Shown here: positions 19,697 to 29,200 of the stretch, piece by piece | How the letters are laid out: each line of letters begins with the position of its first letter | How positions within the stretch are numbered: the stretch's first letter is position 1 | DNA from: a virus | Taxonomy: Duplodnaviria; Caudoviricetes | Length of the DNA: 64,000 bases | Direction: 5' to 3' (one strand) | IMG/VR virus record: IMGVR_UViG_3300036713_000599 | Program-made: the position numbers and the translations under genes | The notes under the pieces: model-generated | Database searches by the model: none | Seen by the model: the letters and a program-made list of their open reading frames with translations, nothing else | Told to the model about the DNA's origin: nothing

Positions 19697-22656
19697 TGGC
19701 AGCACCGTACTCCCAGCTCTCGTGTGTCTTTGGAGGGACAAACGAGTACGTTACGATAGGGGACGTGCTCGGGTTTGAGAGGACCGACTCGTTTTCGGTG
19801 AGCTTTTGGTTCAAAACGACTGATACTGGGTGGAAGTCTCTGATTGGAAAGTCAGAGGGAGCCTCCAATTACCGAGGATGGGGCGTCATCCTCAGCGGAA
19901 TCTCGGCAGGGAGCATTCGATTCACACTTACGAGCATTTCGGGTTCCAACCATCTGTCTGTCCGCACGACCGGTGTCTACAACGACGGAGAGTGGCACCA
20001 CGGACTAGTCACCTACGATGGTTCTTCTTCGGCTTCTGGTGTGACGTGGTACATCGACGGAGGATCTGTCGCCATGACCACTGTGGACGACACCCTATCA
20101 GCTACGATCGTCACGACCCGCAACCTTCTCCTCGCGGCTAATGATGACGGGGCAATCGATCATTACACAGGCAGTCTTGACGAGGTTGCCGTTTATGATG
20201 TCGAGCTGACCTCTAGCGATGTTGTGGAGATATATAATGGAGGGGCGCCATCAGACCTTCTCCGGCTCGATACTTCGGGTGATCTCGTGGGTTGGTGGAG
20301 AATGGGAGACGGAGATGTCTACCCGACTCTCATGGATCATTCGATTAGCGGTAATAATGGCACTATGACCAACATGGAATCAGCCGACATCCAGGCGGAT
20401 GTGCCAACCGGCAGATTCTCGGTTGAGTTCGGAGGGACCAACGAGTACGTTACGATGGGGGATGTGCTCGGGTTTGAGAGGACCGACTCGTTTTCGGTGA
20501 GCTTTTGGTTCAAAACGACTGATACTGGGTGGAAGTCTCTGATTGGAAAGTCAGAGGGAGCCTCCAATTATCGAGGATGGGGCGTCATCCTCAGCGGAAT
20601 CTCGGCAGGGAGTGTCCGGTTTCAGCTCACAAGCGTTGCGGGTTCCAGCCATCTGTCTGTCCGCACGACCGGTGTCTACAACGACGGAGAGTGGCACCAC
20701 GGACTAGTCACCTACGATGGTTCTTCTTCGGCTTCTGGTGTGACGTGGTATATCGATGGGGAAACCGTTGCCATGACCACTGTGGACGACACCCTGTCAA
20801 CTACGATTGCCACAACCCACGATCTTCTCCTCGCGGCTAATGATGACGGGGCAATTGATCACTATACCGGCAATCTTGATGAGGTTGCCGTCTATGATGT
20901 CGAGCTGACCTCTAGCGATGTTGTGGAGATATACAACGCCGGGAACCCCGCCATTGATCTGGCGAAGGCTTCCTCTGCAGGCAGCCTTGCGGGTTACTGG
21001 AAGTGTGGGGATGGAGACACTTATCCAACCATTGCAGATCACTCAGGCAACGGTAATGACGGTACCATGACAAACATGGAAGCCACGGATATTGTGAATG
21101 ATTCGGCTTTCGCTCGGCTTCCTGTGGGTTCTCCACTGCTCCCAAGAGTTTCAGGATACTCAGCAGCCTTTGGTGGTACGGATGAGTACGTCACAATGGG
21201 GGATGTGCTCGGGTTTGAGAGAACGGACACGTTTTCGATCTCGGTCTGGGTTAAGACAACTCTTTCGGCCATTGGACATATTGTGGGCAAAACTGCCAAC
21301 TCGACGGCTGCCCCTGGGTGGGCGCTGCTCATCGACTCGACAGGGAGGCCTTACTTTGATCTTATCAACTCTCTCACGGGTAACAATTATCTTCAGATCG
21401 GCACGACCACAGCGACCGTGAAGGATGGTCGCTGGCATCATTTAGTTTTAGCCTACGATGGTTCAAGTGCTGCGAGTGGTGTTACGTTCTATATCGATGG
21501 CGTGAGTGTCGCGTCTTTGACGACCTACCAGAACACGCTTTCGGCCTCGACCGTCCATACAGATCCTTTGACTGTTGGGCGTAGGGCGAACCATCCTAGT
21601 GACACATATCCCTACGTAGGCAGTCTCGATGAAGTTGCTGTCTACGACATCAAGCTGACGGCAGCAGAGGTGTCCCGTATCCATAACGGGGGTTCGCCTT
21701 GCGACCTGGCGAAGCTCGGCACCTATGCGGACCTCGTTGGCTGGTGGCGGATGGGTGATGGGGACACGTTCCCAACTCTAGCCGACCATGGTAGCGGTGA
21801 CAACGACGGCACCATGACCAATATGGAAGCTTCGGACATTCAGCGAGATGTCCCGTTGGCTGGTGGTGCCATCCAGTTTACTCAGGGCACGGAACGGGAC
21901 ATCGGGAAGTTCTCGACTGTCACGGGCAATACAGCTGTTACGCTCCGGGACGCCAAGGGTTATGGAGCCATCGCCTGGCAATGGGAGGTCATTTCGGCCC
22001 CTGGCCCAGTAGGGACTTTTCCAGCCATCACAAATGACGGGGCCAAAGATGCCTTTGTTACGCCGTCTACGGACGGGGTTTACGTCGTCAGGGTCACACG
22101 AACGGATATTGGCGGGGAGTCTGTGGACACCCAAGCGTTTGCCGTGCTTGACGGTGAGGGGCATGCTCTGCCTTCGGCTGGCCTCGGTGGCAGTCTTATT
22201 AACACGTCTGACGAAGCTCTAGTGGCAAGTTGGATTGGACGGGCCGATGCCCAGACGGACTTCTTTTTCGACGCTTACTTGAGGTGGCTCAAGGAGGCTT
22301 TGAAGAATTCTCAGACGTTTGAAATCTTATCTGGTCTTCAGAAGACCGATTCGACTTCATTCGTAGGGGTCGGGGCAGTCCGACTTAATGAGTCAAACTT
22401 CCCGAGCTACACAGTGGCGACATTTCAAGCGGTCTTTGAGGTAGCTTCGGGTTATACAGCTGAGGTCAGGTTGTACAACCTGACGGACGACACTACAGTG
22501 TCGGGTTCGGTATTGAGTACAACCAGTACATCTTCCGTGGTACTCGAAGGTACCCTGACGCTTCCTTCCGGGCAGAAGGACTACGAGGTTCAGCTCCGGG
22601 TTACGGCCGGTGGCGGTTTTGCTACTTGCACAGGAGCGAGGATTATTCTCACGTAG
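19696..22656 (+). CDS. Tail-fibre/receptor-binding protein: 3 LamG domains + scaffold domain, 986 aa
   Basis: ATG in a TGATG overlap. Three F-x-G-x-x-E-Y-V...FSVSFWFK...WHH...YDG...YIDG...G-x-LDEVAVY...W-x-M/C-GDGD units (~19708-20412, 20413-21102, 21157-21855), then a paralog of the 277-aa protein. Confidence 0.85.
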   Translation: MAAPYSQLSCVFGGTNEYVTIGDVLGFERTDSFSVSFWFKTTDTGWKSLIGKSEGASNYRGWGVILSGISAGSIRFTLTSISGSNHLSVRTTGVYNDGEWHHGLVTYDGSSSASGVTWYIDGGSVAMTTVDDTLSATIVTTRNLLLAANDDGAIDHYTGSLDEVAVYDVELTSSDVVEIYNGGAPSDLLRLDTSGDLVGWWRMGDGDVYPTLMDHSISGNNGTMTNMESADIQADVPTGRFSVEFGGTNEYVTMGDVLGFERTDSFSVSFWFKTTDTGWKSLIGKSEGASNYRGWGVILSGISAGSVRFQLTSVAGSSHLSVRTTGVYNDGEWHHGLVTYDGSSSASGVTWYIDGETVAMTTVDDTLSTTIATTHDLLLAANDDGAIDHYTGNLDEVAVYDVELTSSDVVEIYNAGNPAIDLAKASSAGSLAGYWKCGDGDTYPTIADHSGNGNDGTMTNMEATDIVNDSAFARLPVGSPLLPRVSGYSAAFGGTDEYVTMGDVLGFERTDTFSISVWVKTTLSAIGHIVGKTANSTAAPGWALLIDSTGRPYFDLINSLTGNNYLQIGTTTATVKDGRWHHLVLAYDGSSAASGVTFYIDGVSVASLTTYQNTLSASTVHTDPLTVGRRANHPSDTYPYVGSLDEVAVYDIKLTAAEVSRIHNGGSPCDLAKLGTYADLVGWWRMGDGDTFPTLADHGSGDNDGTMTNMEASDIQRDVPLAGGAIQFTQGTERDIGKFSTVTGNTAVTLRDAKGYGAIAWQWEVISAPGPVGTFPAITNDGAKDAFVTPSTDGVYVVRVTRTDIGGESVDTQAFAVLDGEGHALPSAGLGGSLINTSDEALVASWIGRADAQTDFFFDAYLRWLKEALKNSQTFEILSGLQKTDSTSFVGVGAVRLNESNFPSYTVATFQAVFEVASGYTAEVRLYNLTDDTTVSGSVLSTTSTSSVVLEGTLTLPSGQKDYEVQLRVTAGGGFATCTGARIILT
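19732..20934 (+). repeat. Tandem near-identical duplication (period 699 bp) of LamG-coding DNA
   Basis: 19732-20235 aligns with 20431-20934. Perfect blocks counted by hand: 107 bp (19765-19871), 41 bp (19873-19913), 102 bp (19950-20051). Confidence 0.92.
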
Positions 22657-22665
22657 AGGTACATC

Positions 22666-23832
22666 ATGGCAGGCACCCCCATCGGCAAAATAGACTGCGC
22701 TATCACAAACGCATCAGCAAATCTGGCGAACCAGGAAGTCTTTAAAAATACCTTCGATTTTTTTGAGCAAATGGTTACGGCTGGGTACGCGACTCGTATC
22801 GCTCTCCAGTACGGGGCTAGCGGTACGGGGACTGATTACCACGACGGGACCAATCCTTTCGGGGAAAACGCCTTTGCAGTCTATCGAATGGATGGGTCTA
22901 CGAGTGGGAATTCTTCGAGCGCTCGGGATGGGTCAACCCTTCCGGACTTTGACTATTATGTGCTCATCCAGTGGGCTGACACAGCCGCATTCGGCACTAC
23001 TCCAGGCAACCCAGGGACTCTGGATGCGGGGACAGGAGATGGGGTCGGAATCGTGGTTGCGGTGCGTGAGGATGGAGGAAGCCCTTGGAACGGTGGGACG
23101 GCTAATGCCGGTGCAGATGCTAAGGGTTCAACAGTTTGGACGGCGGGTGCCTCTGTTTTGCATGTGTTTCCTATTTCCAACAGCTTTACGGGCGGGTCTC
23201 ACCTAACCAACAAGGAAAATGCTCGTCTGCTGGTGGACTCGGGGACAGGTGGAGTCAGAATGTCGTGGGTGGGTACAGCTGACTCGTTCGCGTTCATCTT
23301 CGACGCTGGAGATACCGGAACATACCAAGCTCACTACGTTGGGATTTACGAGCCTAGAAGTGGGCTGAGCCCCTCTTTGCCTCTCGTGTGTGCTAGCCCC
23401 TCTGCTGCAGCAACGTTGCCATGGCCAGACGGTACAGCGACAACGTGGGGCACAACCACAGGGGATGGGACCAACGAGGGTGGTGTGCTCGGAACCCTTC
23501 TCACCGATCTGATGACCACTTTGAGCGTGGGTCAAGACGTGGCGGGAGTCTTCACAGCAGTCTCCCAGCCAAATAACCAGTTGGCAACTCCTGAATTGGA
23601 CGCTTTTCCGATTCGTCTGGTTCAGCGAGGTACTGGACGAGTTGGCTATTTAGGTGATTTGGAGCCAGGTCTGATCCAAGTCGTTTACGATGTTGCCACA
23701 AATCAGACGAACGCTGCCCAGAGTCGAGCTTACTTTGGGTCGGCTACGCAAGCATCTCTCCACCTCGCAGTGGCTTGGGGAGGTAGCAACACACCCGGCA
23801 CTAACTCGACTCGTGCAGGAGTAACGTTCTGA
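22666..23832 (+). CDS. Fibre-associated protein, probable distant member of the ~330-aa paralog family, 388 aa
   Basis: Similar size, position and C-terminal pattern (LDAFPIRLV...VGYLGDL) to the family at 34557-45475. TGATG overlap with the next gene. Confidence 0.65.
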   Translation: MAGTPIGKIDCAITNASANLANQEVFKNTFDFFEQMVTAGYATRIALQYGASGTGTDYHDGTNPFGENAFAVYRMDGSTSGNSSSARDGSTLPDFDYYVLIQWADTAAFGTTPGNPGTLDAGTGDGVGIVVAVREDGGSPWNGGTANAGADAKGSTVWTAGASVLHVFPISNSFTGGSHLTNKENARLLVDSGTGGVRMSWVGTADSFAFIFDAGDTGTYQAHYVGIYEPRSGLSPSLPLVCASPSAAATLPWPDGTATTWGTTTGDGTNEGGVLGTLLTDLMTTLSVGQDVAGVFTAVSQPNNQLATPELDAFPIRLVQRGTGRVGYLGDLEPGLIQVVYDVATNQTNAAQSRAYFGSATQASLHLAVAWGGSNTPGTNSTRAGVTF

Positions 23833-26243
23833 TGACCGACGAGTATCGTTCCCTAGGTCTAGCTGCTACTTCTTTCAGGAATGATGGAGGTGTGCCAAGT
23901 CGTCTTCGTACCTTCGGGGAGCCGATTAAGACTCTTGCCGTGGGCCATGAGTTGGATTCCGATACGTTTGCTCTGTGGAGGATGAATGAGACTGAGTACC
24001 AGGGGGCACTTGTTCACAATTCAACCCAGAGTGCTACGGCAGCTTATAGTCGAAGATCCACCACCTTTGACGGTGTGAATGAATACGTCACGGTGGGTAA
24101 CGTCTCAGAGCTTTCGTTTGAAAGGACTGATTCGTTTTCAATTAGTTTTTGGTTCAAGACCTCGTCAACCTCTTTACAGTACCTCATCACCAAGATGTCC
24201 GCCTCTACGGCGAACACTGGGTACGCAGTTTCCTCTATCGGCTCAGGCACGGTCGGGGCCATTCGATTTCAATTGGCGTCGAATGTCGGGAGTGGTAACT
24301 ACCTCCAAAAAACGACTACTTCAGCTTATAATGATGGTGAGTGGCATCACGCTGTGATTTCATACGGGGGATCCAGTGCTGCTTCCGGTATTTTGATCTA
24401 CATCGACGGTTCGTTGGCTTCCACCACAACTAATTTAGACGCTCTTTCTGCAACTACGGTCACTACAGCAGCATTCGAGATTGGAGATGCTTCGGCTGCT
24501 AGCTCCTCCTACACTGGGGATATAGACGAAGTGATCGTATTTGACAAGGAGGTCTCTAGTTCAGAAGTAGCCTCTCTGTATAATGGCGGTGTGCCGATCG
24601 ACCCCCGAGCCCTCGTGTCTAACGTCGTGGGTTATTGGCGTATGGGTGACGGTGACGTCTATCCGACCATCACGGACCATTCAGGCAGCGGCAATGACGG
24701 CACCATGACCAACATGGAGGTCACCGACATCACCAGGGAAGTTCCTAGCGGACGGACTCTGGCTCCAAGCACTCCCTCAGATTGGACGTTCGTACCGCTC
24801 ATCTCTTACGGCCCTGGGGGTAAAAAGCAGCCCTGTCGATGGTTCCGAGGCCCTTTTTTCGACAACAATCTCCAGCGGGCGGGGCAGTCGGACTTCGTCT
24901 CACTACTCACAGGAGACCATACCATTGAGGTCTGGGTCTACATTGAGGACTTGTCTGTTGGTAGTCACACGATCATGGAGTACTCAGGAACAGGGGAGGC
25001 AGAGGCAGATAACTATCTCCAGCGAGTCCTCGTCACCTCGACCGGTAGGATTGCTCTTTTTTGGGAGTATGGTGCCGGGAGTGACGCTGGATTTACGACC
25101 ACATCAATTTACATCACAGAGAGAACCTGGCACCATATAGCTGTGAGTAATGTGGTTGTCACGGGGGACCGGACAGCTAAGGTCTATGTGGATGGCGACT
25201 TCAAGGAGTCTACTACCGACACGAATGCGTCCGGCGGAACGTCCGCTGATTTTTCGATAGGATGTGATGTCGAGATAACGACCAACAAGATGTTTGGTGC
25301 TATGGCTGATATGCGGTTCAGCAGCAAGGAAAGGACGGCGGCAGAAATTGCAGCTTCCGCCGCTGATTATCAACACATCCTCGATTCAGACACTTTTGCT
25401 CTTTGGCGATTTAACGATCGCCCTGCTATTGAGGACGAAGTCGGGAACTACCCCCTGGTTCCTATGAGCTTCTCCGAAGAATCTGGTATCGTATCGGCTC
25501 TGATTAACGATAATGGTCGTGCTAAGTCCATTAATAGTACGAAAATGTCTTGGAGTTCGAACCGGACACTGATAAGGGACTTTCTGGACAGTGGGGACCA
25601 GACCTTTGAGTTATGGTTTCGGGTTGAGGCTGGGGCAGGGACGGGTTCCGTCCCCTCTTCCCGCATGCGTCTTTTCCTATTCAATTCCTCCGGTGAGGCT
25701 GAAGGGGAAAACGTCTTGATACAAGTTCAATTCGAAACAACGGGACACATGGAGGTTTTTTGGGAGTATGGGACTGGAAACGACGTGTCTCTGGTCACCA
25801 CGGATCCTGTGATAGGTCCCAATGATTGGTGGACTTCGCATCACATCGCGATCACTAGGTCGATTGGTGCTAGCACAGACGTGCAGATTTATTGTGACGG
25901 TGTATTGGTCCAAGAGTGGACTGGTCAGACAAACCCTTCTGGTGGTACTGACGTTGACGTGGAATTTCGAATTGGAGACTCTTCAACGGAAACGTTTATT
26001 CTGGACGACGTCCGCCTGTCCTCCAAAGTTCGAACCGCCGGGGAGATTGTCCAATCGCATGCGAGAGGCACGCCCATAGACAAAATTACTCGGTACCGTA
26101 AGCGGGCGAGGGATCAGGGGTCTGAGCCTGCCATTGTTTACGTTGAGTGGGAGACGACAGACCCTGACGGCTCTTTTCCTGGAATCATCCCTAATGGTGG
26201 TCCTCTCGTCGAGGAAGTGATTCTGGACAAGTTCCAGGTGTGA
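23832..26243 (+). CDS. Tail-fibre/receptor-binding protein with 3 LamG-like domains and a C-terminal 'R-A-(W/R)' module, 803 aa
   Basis: Two H-x-LDSDTFALWR-type LamG-like units plus one EYVT-type LamG cassette (~24045-24746). The C-terminal ~50 aa resemble the small proteins at 35528 and 45477. Confidence 0.8.
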   Translation: MTDEYRSLGLAATSFRNDGGVPSRLRTFGEPIKTLAVGHELDSDTFALWRMNETEYQGALVHNSTQSATAAYSRRSTTFDGVNEYVTVGNVSELSFERTDSFSISFWFKTSSTSLQYLITKMSASTANTGYAVSSIGSGTVGAIRFQLASNVGSGNYLQKTTTSAYNDGEWHHAVISYGGSSAASGILIYIDGSLASTTTNLDALSATTVTTAAFEIGDASAASSSYTGDIDEVIVFDKEVSSSEVASLYNGGVPIDPRALVSNVVGYWRMGDGDVYPTITDHSGSGNDGTMTNMEVTDITREVPSGRTLAPSTPSDWTFVPLISYGPGGKKQPCRWFRGPFFDNNLQRAGQSDFVSLLTGDHTIEVWVYIEDLSVGSHTIMEYSGTGEAEADNYLQRVLVTSTGRIALFWEYGAGSDAGFTTTSIYITERTWHHIAVSNVVVTGDRTAKVYVDGDFKESTTDTNASGGTSADFSIGCDVEITTNKMFGAMADMRFSSKERTAAEIAASAADYQHILDSDTFALWRFNDRPAIEDEVGNYPLVPMSFSEESGIVSALINDNGRAKSINSTKMSWSSNRTLIRDFLDSGDQTFELWFRVEAGAGTGSVPSSRMRLFLFNSSGEAEGENVLIQVQFETTGHMEVFWEYGTGNDVSLVTTDPVIGPNDWWTSHHIAITRSIGASTDVQIYCDGVLVQEWTGQTNPSGGTDVDVEFRIGDSSTETFILDDVRLSSKVRTAGEIVQSHARGTPIDKITRYRKRARDQGSEPAIVYVEWETTDPDGSFPGIIPNGGPLVEEVILDKFQV

Positions 26244-26251
26244 GGTAACGG

Positions 26252-29200
26252 ATGAGCGTTTACGGTCGGACAGCATATGGCGATAGATCCTTTGAAGGGT
26301 TAGGTCCGTCTCTCGCGTCATCTTTTCCGACCACAGGTGCCACCAGTACAGGCACCGATGTCCTGACTTACTTCACTGTCACATCAGAGGCAGGGATCGA
26401 CGTCAGTTTGTTTAATGTCTACGACGGTACCACCCCAGTTATTCTGGGAGGGGTGTTCGTGGGTGACTTCGACGGTGTTGTTACACTTGGGGCTCAGGAC
26501 TGTGATGTTGTTGTCTCGAAGTATCCTGTGTGGGCGTCTGGTGAGCACACAATCAACATAGATGTTACTGACCTCGCTGGGACGCAGGATGATCTAAGCT
26601 ACACGTTCAACACGGCTTCAACCGGTAATATTGTCGACGTCAATGAGACGATAACCGTTTCGGACACAGTGTCCACGGATGTCAACCTTGTGGCGGCTCC
26701 TTCAGAAACAGTCTCTGTTTCTGAAGGTATTTCGACGCAGTATGGTGCCAATATTGGCCTTGGTGAGACGGTTTCTGCTTCTGAGAGTCTAACTTTAGGC
26801 TCCGTTGCTCTTTTGGACGAAACGGTCGCTGTTTCTGACGGGGTCGTCACTGAATATGGTGCGGTGGCTGAGCTATCTGAAACAGTCTCTGCTTCTGAGT
26901 CGAAGACCGTTTCTAGTGCGACCTCCCAGGCCGTTGGCGAGACAGTAAGCGTCTTTGAGAATGTGGTTCTCAGGGATGCCGTTGAGTTGTCGGAATCCGT
27001 GAGTGTGGGGGAAACGCTGGCTATCAGCGAGGGCGAGACCCGTTCGCTGAATGAAACTGTTCTTGTGTCCGAGACCGTCCAGGCGGAAAAGGGTCAAGTA
27101 GTATCTGTTTCAGACTCTGTGTCTGTGTCGGAAGTTGTAGGTACGCTCCAAGAAAATCATGTCGGCTTAAGCGAGACGGTTTCTGTTACCGAAAATATCG
27201 GCATACTGAATCCAGTCAGAATTGGCGAAACAGTCACGGTCGCTGAATCCGCAGCTGCCTACTTCACTTACGGCGTGAATCCGAGTGAGACTGTTGCGGT
27301 TACCGACGATGTCAACATCGGTGAGAACAATCAGGTAATCATCGACAGCCTACCTGGAACGGCGGACAGACAATTCTTCCGACTAAAGTTCCCCGTCCCT
27401 CTGAGCTGGTCGCCTCGAAGTGAGCAGGCCAGTATTACAGCCCTAACCCTAACCTCCCCAGACGGGGGTGTGCCCGCGGCCATTATTGGAGCGACTAAGG
27501 AGTTCTCGACCTACCACACAGGCCATTTAGGTCGCCTCGTACTCCAGAGCATAGACGAAAGCAAGTCGAACAGGTTCCGTGTACCAGGACAATATTCAAT
27601 CGACGCCAGTCTCATTGGTGAGTACCTGGAGATCTCAAGCGGGTCCAATGAAGGCATTTACAAGATTGTAGGGCTCGACGGAACGGACCTTGTTATCGAC
27701 ACGGAAATGCCTTTGACGGACACAGTGAATGGCTACGTCCAGGGGAAGGTCGAGTACGTCAGCCAGGTGGTGGGCCCAACAGAGACAGTACATACTTTCC
27801 GATTGGTCAATGGTCGTGTAACCGTATCGGACCCCCTCATCGAACTAGTTTACACGGATAGAAGGGATGGCCCCCTTCCAGGTATCGCTGCTCTCGGGTC
27901 AAGTTACAATACTATTGAAATCACTGTCAACAATGCAACCCCATGGCTCAACCCAGAGGAAGCCTTCGTTTATGTCGTGGCACGTATCTCGCCCAAGACC
28001 GACTGGCGAATCGTTAGCGGTGTGACGAGTTTCCTCCTTGAGACGTCCAAGTTGACCGCTGGTAAAATATACGAGCTGTCAGCTAAGAGCTTACTGACTT
28101 CAGAAGGGCAGTATGTCGACTTTGTGGGATACGCTCTCCTTGAAGCGAGCGATGTCCAAATACCAAGATTGATCGCCGCTAGTACGATTGGCGACGAGGG
28201 TGCTGTCCTCGTTACGTATGACCAACCAATGCAGCCGGATGAAGACAACCTCTTCAGTACGTCAGATTACGCCCTTACTGGACCGATCACAGTCTTTGTT
28301 CAAAGTGTGAAGGCGTACGGTAGCAATTCGGTTGTCCTGGTCACTACGGGGATGGAGGCGGGAGATTATACGCTGACTGTTTCGACCGGCACTCCGAAAG
28401 ACGTTGCTGGTAACCCTCTCGACCCGACATTCAATACGGCCATCTTCACGGTAGGTGCTTCACCGCTTGCGAGCCGTAGCATTTTTGTGGATAAAGGGCC
28501 GATCGCAAAACCACCTCTTACAATACAATCGGGAACGGGAGTCACTTTCGACAGCTTCGCTCTGCTCACCCTCGCGGGAGCGAGTTTGACGAACGATCAT
28601 GTAGGCAAGTTTGTCACTATCGATAGTGGCGGCAGTTCTACTAATGAGGGCACCTATCGGATTACCTCGGTCGTTACGTCTTCTCAGGTGAGGCTCCAGG
28701 CCAGCTTTACCTTGCCCGACACTGTAGTCTTTACATGGGAAGTGTTTGACCCACAAGACGGCATCGTCGCGGATGACCCTGGTGACGTCACTGTTCGAAT
28801 AAACGGCTCCCCTGTGACGCCGGAGGCTGTTGTAGGGCTTCTGGGTCAGGTGGTTCTTTCGACGGCCCCTAGCCTCACTGATGACGTCACAGTCGATTAT
28901 TCCTGGTGCTGCAACCCGACCGTCGACATTAGACGGCTCAATTCTGCTGAGTTCCGATTCAACGCGTGGAATCAGAACTATGGTCAGACTTGTCAGGCAA
29001 CTCAGCATCAATACAGATACAACAATGTTCTCGTCCGTCCGAGTGATTATGATTCGGACGATCCAAGGGCACTTCTCGATCAACCAAAGGAGCGGGAGCT
29101 TCATTACAGAGGCTACGAAAGGGCCTACACAGCAGTCCTGAACGATCCCACTCTTCTTGTGTTCAATACACCCATCCACCGGATCGCGTACCCTCCAGCT

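Noticed and set aside
19732-20934. Diversity-generating retroelement (TR/VR pair) explanation for the near-identical repeats
   Set aside because: The differences involve all bases and many synonymous sites rather than adenines only, both copies are in-frame coding domains, and no reverse transcriptase is present in the window.
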